From Psammoneis japonica (taxonomy: Eukaryota): DNA of 51,453 nt. The position numbers and the translations under genes were made by a program. Of this stretch, positions 35,809-47,580 are shown piece by piece (the first letter of the stretch is position 1; every line of letters begins with the position of its first letter). The notes under the pieces were generated by a model. The model worked only from the letters and a program-made list of their open reading frames with translations. It was not told the origin of the DNA and searched no databases. The DNA is taken from the NCBI GenBank assembly GCA_008632985.1, contig QPGO01000035.1, positions 607,899-659,351 of the forward strand, given 5' to 3'.

Positions 35809-37227
35809 AATGGTCTCTTCCTCTAGAGAAAGGGGGATTGAATTGTTGTTCTTGCCCACCACAGCACTCTTCAGGTGGAGAGACACGCAGAAGAACTCGT
35901 CGTTTGAGTTTGTCCTGCTGGAGATGCAGTGGCACTTGGTGGGGTTAAAAATGATGACATCACCAAGCCGGAGTGCAACGGAGATGCCTTCGGCAGGGAA
36001 GCAGAAGTGTGCCACAATCCCGTCATTCATGGTGTGGCTGCCGGACGGAGAGACTCCCACCACGGTGACCACTGACAGGAAGAAGTCCTGGTCCCTGTGG
36101 GCGTTGAGGAAGACATTGCGCCCAGCCGCCAGAGAGGAGAAAATGCCATCTGACTGCACCAGGGATTTCCAGTTGTGAAACTTTTTGACACGAGCGATGC
36201 CCTTGAGGATGGCACAGTCCACGTGCTCATTGACAAGGTGCTCCATGCGTGAAAGAAGTCTGGCGAGGTGGTGAGTGTGTTGGTCGGCCATGCCAGGCTG
36301 CTTGCAAGAAATTCGAGCGTCTCTCGTGGCAGCCAGGCCAATCATGGAACACTTGCTCCTGTCCGTCTCCATGAAGGTAACGCGTTGTTTGCTGCGCACG
36401 GTGGACTGGGTGGTGCAGCATTCTAGTGCTTCGAGCGCTCGGCACTGAGCAACTAGTTCTGCTGGGTTGGGGGAGCTGAACACCACAGCAGAACGCGGCA
36501 GCAGGGTGCAGGTGTTGTCGCAGCGGCAACCGTCCAAGCCAAAGAAAGGCTTCAGATCGAGCACAGGGTCACAGACGACCAGAGGAGCCAATTCGGCAAA
36601 GTCAATGTCAGCAAGACAAGGTGGTGCAGGCTGAGTGTAGTCGCCGTTGTAAACTAGAGTGCGGTCAGCTACACAGTGCATGGAGAGACTCTCAGTGGCG
36701 CACGGTGCAAGTGGAACGAGGTGAGCAATCTTGGATGTTTTCCCACTGGCGCGGCTGCGGATTCGCCTGCGGCTGCGGTGGGCCTTGCGAAGTGGCGGTT
36801 GAGCCCTCAACACGTTCTCGTGCATCCTGGTGTGCATTGACGATGCGGTGTTCGCAGAGAACGTGTGTGCGAACTTGCTGGCAAATGTTCCGCTGCTTGA
36901 CACTGTCACTGTCGTCTCAACAGTGCCCAAAGCAGAACTCTGTCGACAGGGACCGGCGGACTCCAGGGGAGTGGGGTCAAAACCCAATCGAGAGATGTGT
37001 CTGCTTTCCATTGCCTCAAGAGCACCCAAAGCAAAACTCTGTTGACAGGGACCAGCGGACTCCAGGGGAGTGGGGTCGAAACCCAATCGCGAGAAGTGTT
37101 TGCTTGTTGTCGGGCTGCGAGCTGCACGTCCCAAACCCCCACACTGTCGAGACCGGCTGCAACTCAATCGCGACAAGTGCTTGTCGTTGGTGGGACGACG
37201 CAGCGAGGCACGAGGTGGTTGCGACAT
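35794..37227 (-). CDS. 2-oxoglutarate/Fe(II) dioxygenase, TET/JBP-like; TpA-mutated
   Basis: C-terminal DSBH pattern: IFSSLAAGRNVFLNAHRDQDF (HxD at 36091-36099), HFCFPAEGISVALRLGDVIIFNPTKCHCISSR (distal His at 35929-35931), CVSLHLKS. The start codon is uncertain. Confidence 0.75.
   Translation of the reverse strand: MSQPPRASLRRPTNDKHLSRLSCSRSRQCGGLGRAARSPTTSKHFSRLGFDPTPLESAGPCQQSFALGALEAMESRHISRLGFDPTPLESAGPCRQSSALGTVETTVTVSSSGTFASKFAHTFSANTASSMHTRMHENVLRAQPPLRKAHRSRRRIRSRASGKTSKIAHLVPLAPCATESLSMHCVADRTLVYNGDYTQPAPPCLADIDFAELAPLVVCDPVLDLKPFFGLDGCRCDNTCTLLPRSAVVFSSPNPAELVAQCRALEALECCTTQSTVRSKQRVTFMETDRSKCSMIGLAATRDARISCKQPGMADQHTHHLARLLSRMEHLVNEHVDCAILKGIARVKKFHNWKSLVQSDGIFSSLAAGRNVFLNAHRDQDFFLSVVTVVGVSPSGSHTMNDGIVAHFCFPAEGISVALRLGDVIIFNPTKCHCISSRTNSNDEFFCVSLHLKSAVVGKNNNSIPLSLEEETILRRL
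36926..37183. repeat. 99-bp (33-aa) tandem duplication plus a partial third copy in the dioxygenase N-terminus
   Basis: SRLGFDPTPLESAGPC(Q/R)QS occurs twice (units at 36926 and 37025); KHLSRL is a partial copy. Confidence 0.9.
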
Positions 37228-37674
37228 GGTGTGTCTCAATTTGAAATGTGTTTCAAAACATGATGACGGAAGTGTTGTCGCATTGTTTTTGTCTCCGCGG
37301 AGGGAGGATCATCCCACGGCAATCTCAGCGCGAGTTCTCGCGTAGAAGTGCGTCACGTGCCGTGCCAGCTCGTGCATTTGAATTACACGGACACACAAGT
37401 GCGGCAACGATGAGAAGCAGGCCGAGATTCAAAACAAATTTTGTCGCCCAAAGGCGTCTTGTCATTTCAACGTGTCTGCGTGTCTGTTTAAAATGACTTC
37501 ACGCGTTGCTCCATGCGCAGGTAGAGGTGGCACGCCGCATTTGAAAATTTCGCGCGCACAGAGGGCGCGACGGCAATTTTACGCATTCTGCACACGTCAC
37601 AGTTTGGCTTGGAAACGCGACATCTGGTCGAACCCGCTGCAAGCAAGGTTGATGTTGCCACAAGGTTGGGTGCG

Positions 37675-38544
37675 ATGAACCATCGTCACAGAAGTGTTGG
37701 GGAGTTTTGTCTTCAAACGGCTCCAGACTCCGCGTTCCAGAGCAGGCATGTCTCCGGAGACGGAAGCGGATCTTCACACGGCGGTGAAGTTGGCTTCGCT
37801 TTGAGCAGCGAAGTGTTTTTGAACGAATGCCTTCTTGGCGTGAATCACACCTGCGACACATCTGTCGACATGGGCGGGGGAGTTGCCGGACCCAGCATCG
37901 GGCTCAAGTTACTTCGTCGCCGTTGCACCATGGTGAGCATCAAGGCCGACCACGATCGTCACCAAGAGGCTGTACGTTGGGCTCATTGTGCTGGCCTTTG
38001 CTCGAACGGCGGGTTAGAGTTGATCAACAAGTCATTCTTGGACGAGAGGCTGGCTCCTTTGTGGAAAAAGAAAGGACTCAAGGTGTTCTTCAACAACTGC
38101 AACTCCCGCATGGTCGACGACAAGAACACACAGCAGAAGGCAGAGGCGATGCTTTCGAAGTTGTGTCGTGCTGGGACCGTGGTGGTGGCGCTAGATCCGC
38201 TGTTCACGTCGCACGCGGGAGAGTGGATGTGCGAGTCCTTCACGGCGGATTGCCATGATGGCGACTTTTTGTGGCACAGCGGAGACGTGAAACATCTCGT
38301 CTTCCACAAGTGCACCAAGAAAGAGGAGACTTCTCAGTCAACCAGCCAGCACATGCGACGTCCCACTCCGACACACTTGGAACGGAAGTGTTTGCCCGTC
38401 GCGAAACAGCCAATTTTACTTAAGAACTCAACTGAACTGTTTTTTTACTGTCGCTGCACTGGACGTCACACGCTAGTTACTCTACTCAATTCGCCATTGC
38501 TTCACGGTGACGACAAGTTGTCGTCGGAGATGGTGCACACTTGA
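37675..38544 (+). CDS. Class I SAM-dependent methyltransferase, DOT1 (H3K79 MTase)-like; TpA-mutated
   Basis: Ordered motifs match DOT1's YGE / VDLGSGVG / GxE / GDFL / FVNNF / GxxIVSxxP: SHGGEV, SVDMGGGVAG, VSIKAD, KSFLD, VFFNNCN, AGTVVVALDPLF. The C-terminus may be read-through after stop-codon loss. Confidence 0.65.
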   Translation: MNHRHRSVGEFCLQTAPDSAFQSRHVSGDGSGSSHGGEVGFALSSEVFLNECLLGVNHTCDTSVDMGGGVAGPSIGLKLLRRRCTMVSIKADHDRHQEAVRWAHCAGLCSNGGLELINKSFLDERLAPLWKKKGLKVFFNNCNSRMVDDKNTQQKAEAMLSKLCRAGTVVVALDPLFTSHAGEWMCESFTADCHDGDFLWHSGDVKHLVFHKCTKKEETSQSTSQHMRRPTPTHLERKCLPVAKQPILLKNSTELFFYCRCTGRHTLVTLLNSPLLHGDDKLSSEMVHT

Positions 38545-38630
38545 AGAGACAGAGGAAAGCTGAGTTGCAATCGACACTTAGTTTGCTGAACATTTGCAAA
38601 TTTACACTGTACCGGCAAAAAAAAAACAAC

Positions 38631-39503
38631 TCAGTCTTCGTCGCTGTCCTGAAGCACCAAGTCGTCATCGACGTTCAGGTCAACTTCGCAGTTGAGCTCG
38701 ACATCATCGTTGGCCTCTTCTCCAGCTTCTTCCACCGGAGCTCCAATGAGACGACAGAGTTCCACAGGCAACGACCCCTCGTAGAAGCAACTGTGAAGTG
38801 AGTTCTTGTTTTGGGCACACCAACCGATGTGAAACTGACCACCTTCCTTCTGAAGCTCGGCAAGCGCCGCCTCGTTGCCGATCACTTCGGACCAAACAGC
38901 ATCCTTCATCCAGAAGAAGTCGTCTTCAATGAAGACCTCGGTGTTGTTCTCAGGGTCATCGTTGAGCTGCTTCGCAATGTGCTTCCCGAGGCCGCGCACT
39001 TTAGCATCGGTTGGGACTTCTTCGAGGAAGATGAAGAAGAGATGCACGGCGCAGTTCTTGGCGTTCGTCTGCAACTCGCCTTCGTGAACCCACCTGCCAG
39101 CGCAAGGGTGGAATCCGACTTGAACCACCCACGGAGTCCTGCTGCGAAGGTTGTCAAACAGAACCTTCTCCAACCAAACATTGGCCAAAAGGGGATTCTT
39201 GGCTTGGAGACGAAAAACGACGCCTTTCTTGCGGCCGACAGTGACGGTGGCGCAGCACAGGAGGGCGTCCTCATCGGAATGGCTGCCATCGTCAGAACCG
39301 GCGGATTTGGAAAGCTTGAACCCGTGCTTGGCAAGGCGGTCTTCCGGTTTAAGGTCGTCGTCGGTCAAGCCGTTGGTCTTGCGGGGCGGACTTAGTTTCT
39401 TCAACAGAGCATCAGAAAACTTCGTCTTTGCCTTCTTCTGTTTGGTTTCAGCGACTTTGGCTTTCGCAGCTGGGGAGGTCGTTGTGTTTCTTTTGCGTGC
39501 CAT
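38631..39503 (-). CDS. Hypothetical protein (290 aa; basic N-terminal tail, globular core, acidic C-terminus)
   Basis: Uninterrupted, protein-like frame from MARKRNTT to LQDSDED*. No family recognised. Confidence 0.7.
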   Translation of the reverse strand: MARKRNTTTSPAAKAKVAETKQKKAKTKFSDALLKKLSPPRKTNGLTDDDLKPEDRLAKHGFKLSKSAGSDDGSHSDEDALLCCATVTVGRKKGVVFRLQAKNPLLANVWLEKVLFDNLRSRTPWVVQVGFHPCAGRWVHEGELQTNAKNCAVHLFFIFLEEVPTDAKVRGLGKHIAKQLNDDPENNTEVFIEDDFFWMKDAVWSEVIGNEAALAELQKEGGQFHIGWCAQNKNSLHSCFYEGSLPVELCRLIGAPVEEAGEEANDDVELNCEVDLNVDDDLVLQDSDED

Positions 39504-40046
39504 CAAATCAGTTGGAGAGAAATTGTGGGAACAAAAAGTGCGATCGTTCAGAAGTGCCAAGAAAGACCCAGCAGAGCTGCGTGCATCATGCCAAGGAGAA
39601 CTGGCAACATCAGCAACTAGATCCAAACACGTCGAACTGCAACAAGGCAACCTTCCAGGTGTCAGCACTTGCAAGTGGTGCATGGATTCAATTTGAACAA
39701 AACAGGTGCAAGGATCGGAGCACGCAAAGTCACACTGAGTTCACTGAAAATGCGTAAAATCACATGCAATTCCGTCCATGCTTCGTGTGTGTTTCAGCCG
39801 TCACTGCCGCGCGGCCATCGCGCATGAAATCTAGTCGCCAAACGGTCGACGCCATCGCTGTCACCACTGCACCGGCAGTTAGCTAAGGTGGGCCCATCAC
39901 CCATTTGGAGGATTCGCGCGCACTTTGGAAACACGAATGACGTCAATCGTGTTGCCATTGCCACATGACCAACTCAACTGCCCCGCCACTTGTTAAAGCG
40001 TGATTCTGCGGAATTTACGTAAAGCTGCGCCCACCACCAAGATTGC

Positions 40047-40150
40047 CGAAACAACTTGAACAAGATCCGAATCTTGCCCCATGGAATGTTCAGAGCAGAT
40101 GGTCGAAACAACTTGAACAAGATCCAAATCTCATCCCATGGGATGTTCAA
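40047..40150. repeat. 57-bp tandem duplication
   Basis: CGAAACAACTTGAACAAGATCC.AATCT...CCCATGG.ATGTTCA at 40047 and 40104 (KQLEQDPNLxPWxVQ twice). Confidence 0.9.
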
Positions 40151-40304
40151 CGTCGACGAAACTAAGCAGGACATCGCACGTCTGGCACGAAGAAGGACGT
40201 GGGAGGAACGCACACGTCACTCTTCCGTCGAGGTGAAAGAGGCACACTTTCGTCTCACTTTTTTGTGACAGAACCTTTGTGCAAAGGGAAACGAAAAGCA
40301 TCCA

Positions 40305-40631
40305 NNNNNNNNNNNNNNNNNNNNNNNNNNNNNNNNNNNNNNNNNNNNNNNNNNNNNNNNNNNNNNNNNNNNNNNNNNNNNNNNNNNNNNNNNNNNNNNN
40401 NNNNNNNNNNNNNNNNNNNNNNNNNNNNNNNNNNNNNNNNNNNNNNNNNNNNNNNNNNNNNNNNNNNNNNNNNNNNNNNNNNNNNNNNNNNNNNNNNNNN
40501 NNNNNNNNNNNNNNNNNNNNNNNNNNNNNNNNNNNNNNNNNNNNNNNNNNNNNNNNNNNNNNNNNNNNNNNNNNNNNNNNNNNNNNNNNNNNNNNNNNNN
40601 NNNNNNNNNNNNNNNNNNNNNNNNNNNNNNN
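40305..40631. other. Assembly gap
   Basis: Run of N. Confidence 1.
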
Positions 40632-40960
40632 GCAGCTCTCACAGAGACCTGATCGCACAGGTTGTGAGAACACGACACAATGCTGCGGTGATCGGGTGGC
40701 ACCGACGCAGTTCGTCAAGCAACTGATTGACTCGGCTGCGGTGACTGGACAGCGCCAGTCGCAGTGCTCACAGCGACCTGATTGCACAGGCTGTGAGAAG
40801 ACGACACAGTGCTGCGGTGAACGGATGGCACCGATGCGGTTCGTTGATCAACTGGACAGAACCACTGCGGTGACTGGACGACACCAGTCGCAGTGCTGCA
40901 GGTGGTGAGAAAACACACATCACTGTGGTGATTGGATGGCACCGATCGCAGCTTCATGGT
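40632..40960. repeat. 129-bp tandem repeat array (two full copies plus a partial one) abutting the gap
   Basis: CTCACAG.GACCTGAT.GCACAGG.TGTGAGAA.ACGACACA.TGCTGCGGTGA at 40638 and 40767; partial copy ~40905-40955. Confidence 0.9.
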
Positions 40961-41039
40961 GATCGCACTGAAAAAACAACCATTTTTGCTGAGTGGCTTC
41001 TTGAAATTTGTTGAGTTAAAGTGTCAGCTTAAATTAAAA

Positions 41040-44000
41040 ATGGACGAGGCCAACTCCCGTGTTTGCAACGCAATCAACAGAAAGTTTGAGATGCTTTGTC
41101 TACATGGAGATGGAGAATTTAGACCACACGCATGTTTGGTCTGTGATGTTCTGCTGAAACCTAGAGAAGTTTGCTGCTTGCCGCTCAAAACATTGGAATC
41201 AGCAAGAAACTTGCTCACCCCTTCAGACTGGAACAGCGCATCTGATCGTCTCAAGTCCTGCTGCACTGTAGAGCATGAAGATGCTGATTGGATCAAAGAC
41301 CTGCCACTTTCTCCCCACGCCCAATGCGCAGTGCAGGAAGACAGACGATGCGTCGACGGATTCACTTGCTGCAGCGAATGTCAAAGAAGCCTGGGAAGAG
41401 CCGTCATGCCAATGTGCGCAACAGCGAACAACTGCTGTTTCGGTGCCCCGCCGCATGAACTGTTGTCTCTAACCGAAGCCAGAATTGGCAATGCTCACAC
41501 CAGTGAAAACATGCGGACACTGCTTCAGCCACCTTGGCGGCAAACAGAAGAAGCTTCAGGGAAGTCTGACGTGCTACAAAGTCAAGATACAAAGCATCGT
41601 AAGAACTGTTGTGCACTTCGACGCACTGAATTTACATCAGAATGTGATTGCACTGATGACTGGAAAGATGACTCCGGAGCAAAGACAACTTGCGTGTTCA
41701 AAGAACAGAATTAGGACGCACTGCATGCCAAGGGCGATGGAATGGCTGTTGCACCACAACCAAGAGTGGGTGCACCAACAGACAAATCTAGACGAAGTCA
41801 GGCGTAATCTGCGGAATCCCGCACTTGTCGACAGCACCAGCAAAGAAGAAGGAGAAAATGCGAGTGTTGAGACCTCAGAGTCATTTCACATTTGCTTTCC
41901 TGATGGAACCATGTCTCCTGCGACCGGTGGTCAGCGCAACCTGGACTGCTTCAAAGATCTTGCACGAAGCTGCTGCCAACGGATTTGATTTAGAGGTGCA
42001 AGCACAGTTGTCTAAAGAATCTGCGAGTGATTTCAAAGGCAACAACTTCATTGACGCGTGTCTGCTGCAGTTTCCTTTTGGCAGAGGAGGAATCAATGAG
42101 ACGAGAATGAAGAAAGACGGAAGTCTTGCAGACAGCACCAACCTTGCACACTGTGCCGACCACCACGGATTTCCCAGCCTCACTTCCACGAGCAGCTCTT
42201 CGTGTTAACATGCTGCAACTTGACAATGAAGCAAAGGATGCTGCAGAGCGCAGGGTGGAAAGTCAGGGACAAGAATCAGGCTGCACAGTTTGCAAACGAA
42301 CTGACAGTGGACGATGTGGACAGAGCTGTTTGTGATCGCAACTTGGGCGAGAGAAGAGATTGTGGACTCGGGCACCACTTTTTGCGTGCACTCGACGTTG
42401 CATCTGCGTCTCTGCCACACAGNNNNNNNNNNNNNNNNNNNNNNNNNNNNNNNNNNNNNNNNNNNNNNNNNNNNNNNNNNNNNNNNNNNNNNNNNNNNNN
42501 NNNNNNNNNNNNNNNNNNNNNNNNNNNNNNNNNNNNNNNNNNNNNNNNNNNNNNNNNNNNNNNNNNNNNNNNNNNNNNNNNNNNNNNNNNNNNNNNNNNN
42601 NNNNNNNNNNNNNNNNNNNNNNNNNNNNNNNNNNNNNNNNNNNNNNNNNNNNNNNNNNNNNNNNNNNNNNNNNNNNNNNNNNNNNNNNNNNNNNNNNNNN
42701 NNNNNNNNNNNNNNNNNNNNNNNNNNNNNNNNNNNNNNNNNNNNNNNNNNNNNNNNNNNNNNNNNNNNNNNNNNNNNNNNNNNNNNNNNNNNNNNNNNNN
42801 NNNNNNNNNNNNNNNNNNNNNNNNNNNNNNNNNNNNNNNNNNNNNNNNNNNNNNNNNNNNNNNNNNNNNNNNNNNNNNNNNNNNNNNNNNNNNNNNNCTC
42901 ACAACAGTTCAGAAGATCTGCAGCACGGAATTAATCTGCAGCGAGGACTTCAGCACTAACGCGTTGCGTGAAGCATTCGATCATGACTGCACAGTGCCAA
43001 AAATGTGTCGCACCTCTCCAAAAGCAGCAGACGACCAACAGCTAAGAAACCTGAGGCACAAAGACGGCCAGCAGTCGAAGAACGGAATGTTTGCTTGTTG
43101 TCGTCACTGCACCAAGTGCTGGACAAACGTCGAGTTTGTAGAAAGCTTTTTACAGTCACGGCACCGTGCACCTGGCCTGACTCGCCATCCAGACAACCAT
43201 GCAAAGCGACCAAAAGCAATGTGTGCACAACACCAGCGAAGTGGTCCGCAAGGGACAACAGAGGCATGTGTGCCGGACGCAGCTTACAACCATCACATGC
43301 ACGTTACGAAGTCGTGTTTTCCCAAATGCGCAGAGTTGCGTAAAATGCGCAAAAAAACCCCACACGAGGAACTGGACGTGCTGTCAAGGAAACGGAAACG
43401 AGAGGAGCTCAAACTGGGTGACTGCCATCACAGGCAACCAGCTGCTTCGTGTCCAAATAATTTGGCAAGGAACGCAGATGACACTCAGATAAAGTGGTTC
43501 AGCTGGGATGGAACTTTTGCGTATCGGCACGTGAAGGAAGTTGTTCCGAAGAGGAGAAAGTGTGATGCTTTTCAAAACGTGTCGTGCCCTGCAATGAGCA
43601 GATCAAAACTGACATGCAACACAAACATTGCTTTGTTGATGCCTGGACCGTCTGCTCAATGCACGATTGAGCACATCCTAAAAGACACCCAGAAAGATGA
43701 CACTGCATCGTACGATGAAGTGCTTCGAACTACAAACAGGACAGCGACGGAATTGCGGAAACACGCATCTGATGCATCGGAAGCAATCAGATGTCTCACA
43801 TGGGGTGCTCACTCGCACAACAAGACGAACATCATTGGACCACCACTTGCGTCTTACACAACAAGGAATGGAAGCCATTTCATCGAATCTCATTTGACCG
43901 CATGGTGCCCCTTGAAAGACATTGTCAGCACACTAGAAAGAGACGAAGTGTCTGCGACTGTAGCCCATTTTGGCGACACACCGTTCTTCCAATGCCAGGC

Positions 44001-46687
44001 CTTGCACCACCTGTGTCGTCCAACAGCACTGGAGAATCTCAGTCCATTTGCGTTTTTCAGTGAATGCGAAGTTCTTCGCAACACAAGGAAAAACGAACAC
44101 GGCATGATGATGTTCGACAACAGAGCGCACAGGCACCCGTCTTGCAATTCAACGAAGAATGAGTTTCTTCAAGGTGTCAGACAGCGACAGCAACCGCGAT
44201 TGTCAAAAGCACTTCAGTGTGATTTTCCTGATGCAGCCAAGTTTGGCAGTTGCCTTGTGGATCCGCAGCAACCAACAACACTGGACAAAGAATTGTGCTG
44301 CAAGTTGGCATTGGCCTTGTTTGCGCCTTGCAGAACAATGACGGAACTCAAACCAATGACCCACACATGCCTGCGTGAATTCCAACTCTCCGCAGCAGCC
44401 GGTGTCATTGCAGAGGAAAACTTGAACTTCTTGCAGAACCTGCAGGATGCCAAGTCCAACTGCCTTCGTCTCAAAAGTGCATCTGACGATCTGCAAAGAA
44501 AGACGGAGCAATTTAGACCTGCTGACGTTGCGTTTGACTGTTGCGAAAGTGACGAGGAAGAAGGTCTTTCAGGCGCCGTTCAGGGTCAACTGCTGGATGC
44601 ACTCTTGGAAGAAATGGCAGAGCAGCCAGAAGACGATGACATTGGGTTGAGCGACCAAGCAGTTGTTCCTGCGCATTTGAGCGGCAAACGTGCAAGACAG
44701 AAAGGTTCACACATGGGTGGTTGCAAATGCTTGGCAGACATGCACACTGACCCACCAAACGAGGAAAGCCAGGTCAATGAACGACAACTTTTTGAGAATC
44801 TAGAGGGCGGCGATGACACCGACGAGGAAGACCAGAATGAAGGAGTGCAACAACACATCCACAGCAGACCACTGTCAAGAGACGACATTGTTCGAGTGAC
44901 ACTGACTAGAACGCAAAGAACAAGAAGGTCGTTTGAGGACATGACAGGTTTGGAAGAACACGTCGATGTACGTCAAGCAAACGGATCTGCAGCAAGTGTC
45001 GTAGACTGGGCTAGGAAAGCAAGACTGGACAGGCAACAGCAGCGTGCCTTTGAAATTCTAGCAGGAACCTTTGTGCTCACTTGCTGCCAAGACGCTCTTC
45101 AAGACGAGACGTCACGCAATGGACTCAACAGGAGAAATGGCAGACACGAATTCGCAACAAACCTTCGCCGATTGAAGAAACTCGTGGAAGTGCAAAGACG
45201 CAGAACGTTGCAACTTGTGTGTTTTTTACATGGTGCAGGTGGAAGTGGCAAATCAACCACAATGGACCTCGTCGTGGAATGCGGAAGAGAGCATTGCTCG
45301 CTTGTTGAGCAGCCGTTCACAACAAGCACAATCAGAGTGACTGCACTGACCGGAGTGGCTGCGACTGTTCTCAAAGGGGACACAATCCACCGAGTTGCAT
45401 GCCTCATGAGAAGAAAGCAAACAACCGAAGAGCAAATTGAAGCATGGTCAGACACGAGACTTTTGGTGGCAGACGAGATTTCTTTTGCAAGCAAGAGAGA
45501 ACTAGAAAAACTCCATGAGAATTTGACAGTGTTGAAGAGCGAATTGAGCAAGCCGTGCGGTGGCATGAACATTGTTTTCGCAGGTGACCTCAGGCAACTA
45601 GAACCAGTCGGAAAAGGAGTGAAACCACTGTGCAAAGATGCGTGTCCCGAGTTTCACGAGTGGATCAACTGCCACATGGAACTTCGTGGTGTGCACAGGT
45701 TTAAAGACGATCCATCATGGGGAAAACTGCTCAAGAGATTCCGCACTGGTGAGATTGCAGTTGACGATGTGGAGCACATCAACGAACGAGCAGTTCAGAA
45801 TGAAGATGATCTGCCCAGTGACCTCCGCTGTGCTGCGCACGCAAATAAGGACAGAGATGCAATTGACACTGGCCCATTCGAAAAAAGAGCAAAAACACTG
45901 CATAGAAGAGATGGAGACGTCCTTGACTCAATGTTGATTTTCAGTGACGACTTGCAGGTGCAGAATGGCACGAGACTCTGCCAACCATTTCCGGTTTGCA
46001 ACAGCTTCTGGAACAACTGTGGTGAAGGAGACGTTGTCATGCAATCAGGAAGAATGGATCCAGTCTTACGAATTTACAGAAGATGCAGAGTCATGACACC
46101 TTTCAACGAAAATGCAGCAAACGGTCAAGCAAACGGAACGCAAGCCACTGTTGACAAGGTCGTTCTCAAACCAGGACAGGAACCAAGACTGGTGACTTTA
46201 GACAACAACATTGGCATTCCTGCTGCTTGCCAGTCAGGTAGACCACGTTGCATTGGAACACTGCAACAAAAGCATCGACCCCGCGAAGTTTTTAGTTGAG
46301 CCAAAAACAAATGCTTTCAGGGCTTGCATCGCCAAGCCCAGCCCAATTTTAGAAGAAGGCGACAAACAAAGGCACACTTTCCAACTGAAGGCAACCCAGC
46401 TGCCGTTTGTCATCAACAATGCCACTGCAGGGCACAAACTGCAAGGGAGTGGAGTCCCGCAGTTGTTTGTACACTCTTGGAGCTACACTCAGAATTGGGT
46501 GCATGTTGTGCTCTCCAGAGTAAAGACCAGAGAAGGGCTGTTCATGCGAAAGCCACTGAGCAAGGACCTGCGAAAATGCAAGGTCCCAGAAGGCTACGAA
46601 GCCTTGATGAGACTCATGAAGGAGAGAAGCGCCACGCATTTTTCTCAGCAACAGCACGCAGAAACAATGTGTGCGCAAACAGATTAG
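41040..46687 (+). mobile_element. Helitron Rep/PIF1-helicase polyprotein, frameshifted and hypermutated
   Basis: N-terminal CxxC motifs and MPMCATANN..GAPPHELLSLTEA; LLQFPFGRGG; Rep-region HHMHVTKSCF, CNTNI, QCTIEHILK. PIF1 motifs: GAGGSGKST, ALTGVAATVLKGDTIH, ADEISF, GGMNIVFAGDLRQLEPV, HRFKDD, ANGT, TAGHKLQG, VVLSRV. Frameshifts near 41480, 41960, 42170 and 46230. Confidence 0.92.
42423..42897. other. Assembly gap (probably hides the Rep HUH motif)
   Basis: Run of N inside the Rep region. Confidence 1.
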
Positions 46688-46881
46688 GATGCTCAACCAC
46701 TGTGCAACTGTTTGGCGACCCCAACCGTAAAAATGCGGAAATTTCGTAAAATAAAATGTTTCGATTAGATCAGCACATTGCGCAGAAATCTACACATGCG
46801 TCACACAACGTCGAATGGATTTTAACCAACAAACCAAGAAACGCGAACGCAACCGTCACAGAAAAGCAGCAATGAGAAAAC

Positions 46882-47281
46882 ATGGATTTGCAACAACAAA
46901 CAAAGAAGGCAGACGAGCCAAAGAAAACTGGTGAGGACAAGAAAAAGGTGCAGACACGTGCGGAACTTCTTCAGTCATTGATGAATGAGGAAGACGAAGA
47001 GGAGATTACCTTGGAAGAAGCAAGAGCGGCGTTTGACCTTGCTTCGGGAAATTTTGATGTCACTTCTGCACTTGTGCAAGACAACACGACAGTGGACAGT
47101 CATCATGTGGAAACAACGGTCGCCCAAGGATGATTCAACCATGGAGGAGCTAAAGGCAGCATGTGCAGCGGCGATTCCACAGCGGTCGGGGAGATTTTTC
47201 ACCGAGGAGGAGATGGCGGAGCAGGAGAAGGAGCAAGCAAAGTCCCTTCAGAAGAAGCATGGCCAGAAAGAATGGAATTGA
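46882..47281 (+). pseudogene. Small acidic ORF fragment(s) downstream of the helicase
   Basis: MDLQQQTKK...TVAQG* followed by MEELKAACAAAIPQRSGRFFTEEE...; TpA-depleted. No family recognised. Confidence 0.4.
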
Positions 47282-47580
47282 GCAAATTGCAAATGACATT
47301 TGGCAAAGACAACCGCATCAATGCGCAAAATGCACACACATGGACTTTCACTTGAGCCGCCGCGGATTGAGTGTGGCCACAATGGAGGACCAACTGTTTG
47401 GCAAAGAAACTGCAACAATGCGTAAATTTCGCACATTTCCACACTCACTTAATCCAACGCAGCTTGCCTTGGACAACATCAACATGCACAACTGGACAAC
47501 ATCAANACAGCCTCATGAAACCTCACAGAAGACAGAATGGTCAGAAGCAAAACAACCAGCACCACGCTCTAACGCATGTT

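Noticed and set aside
40131..42959. Long ORFs spanning N runs
   Set aside because: Their length comes from translating gaps as X. Frame continuity across the gaps cannot be known.
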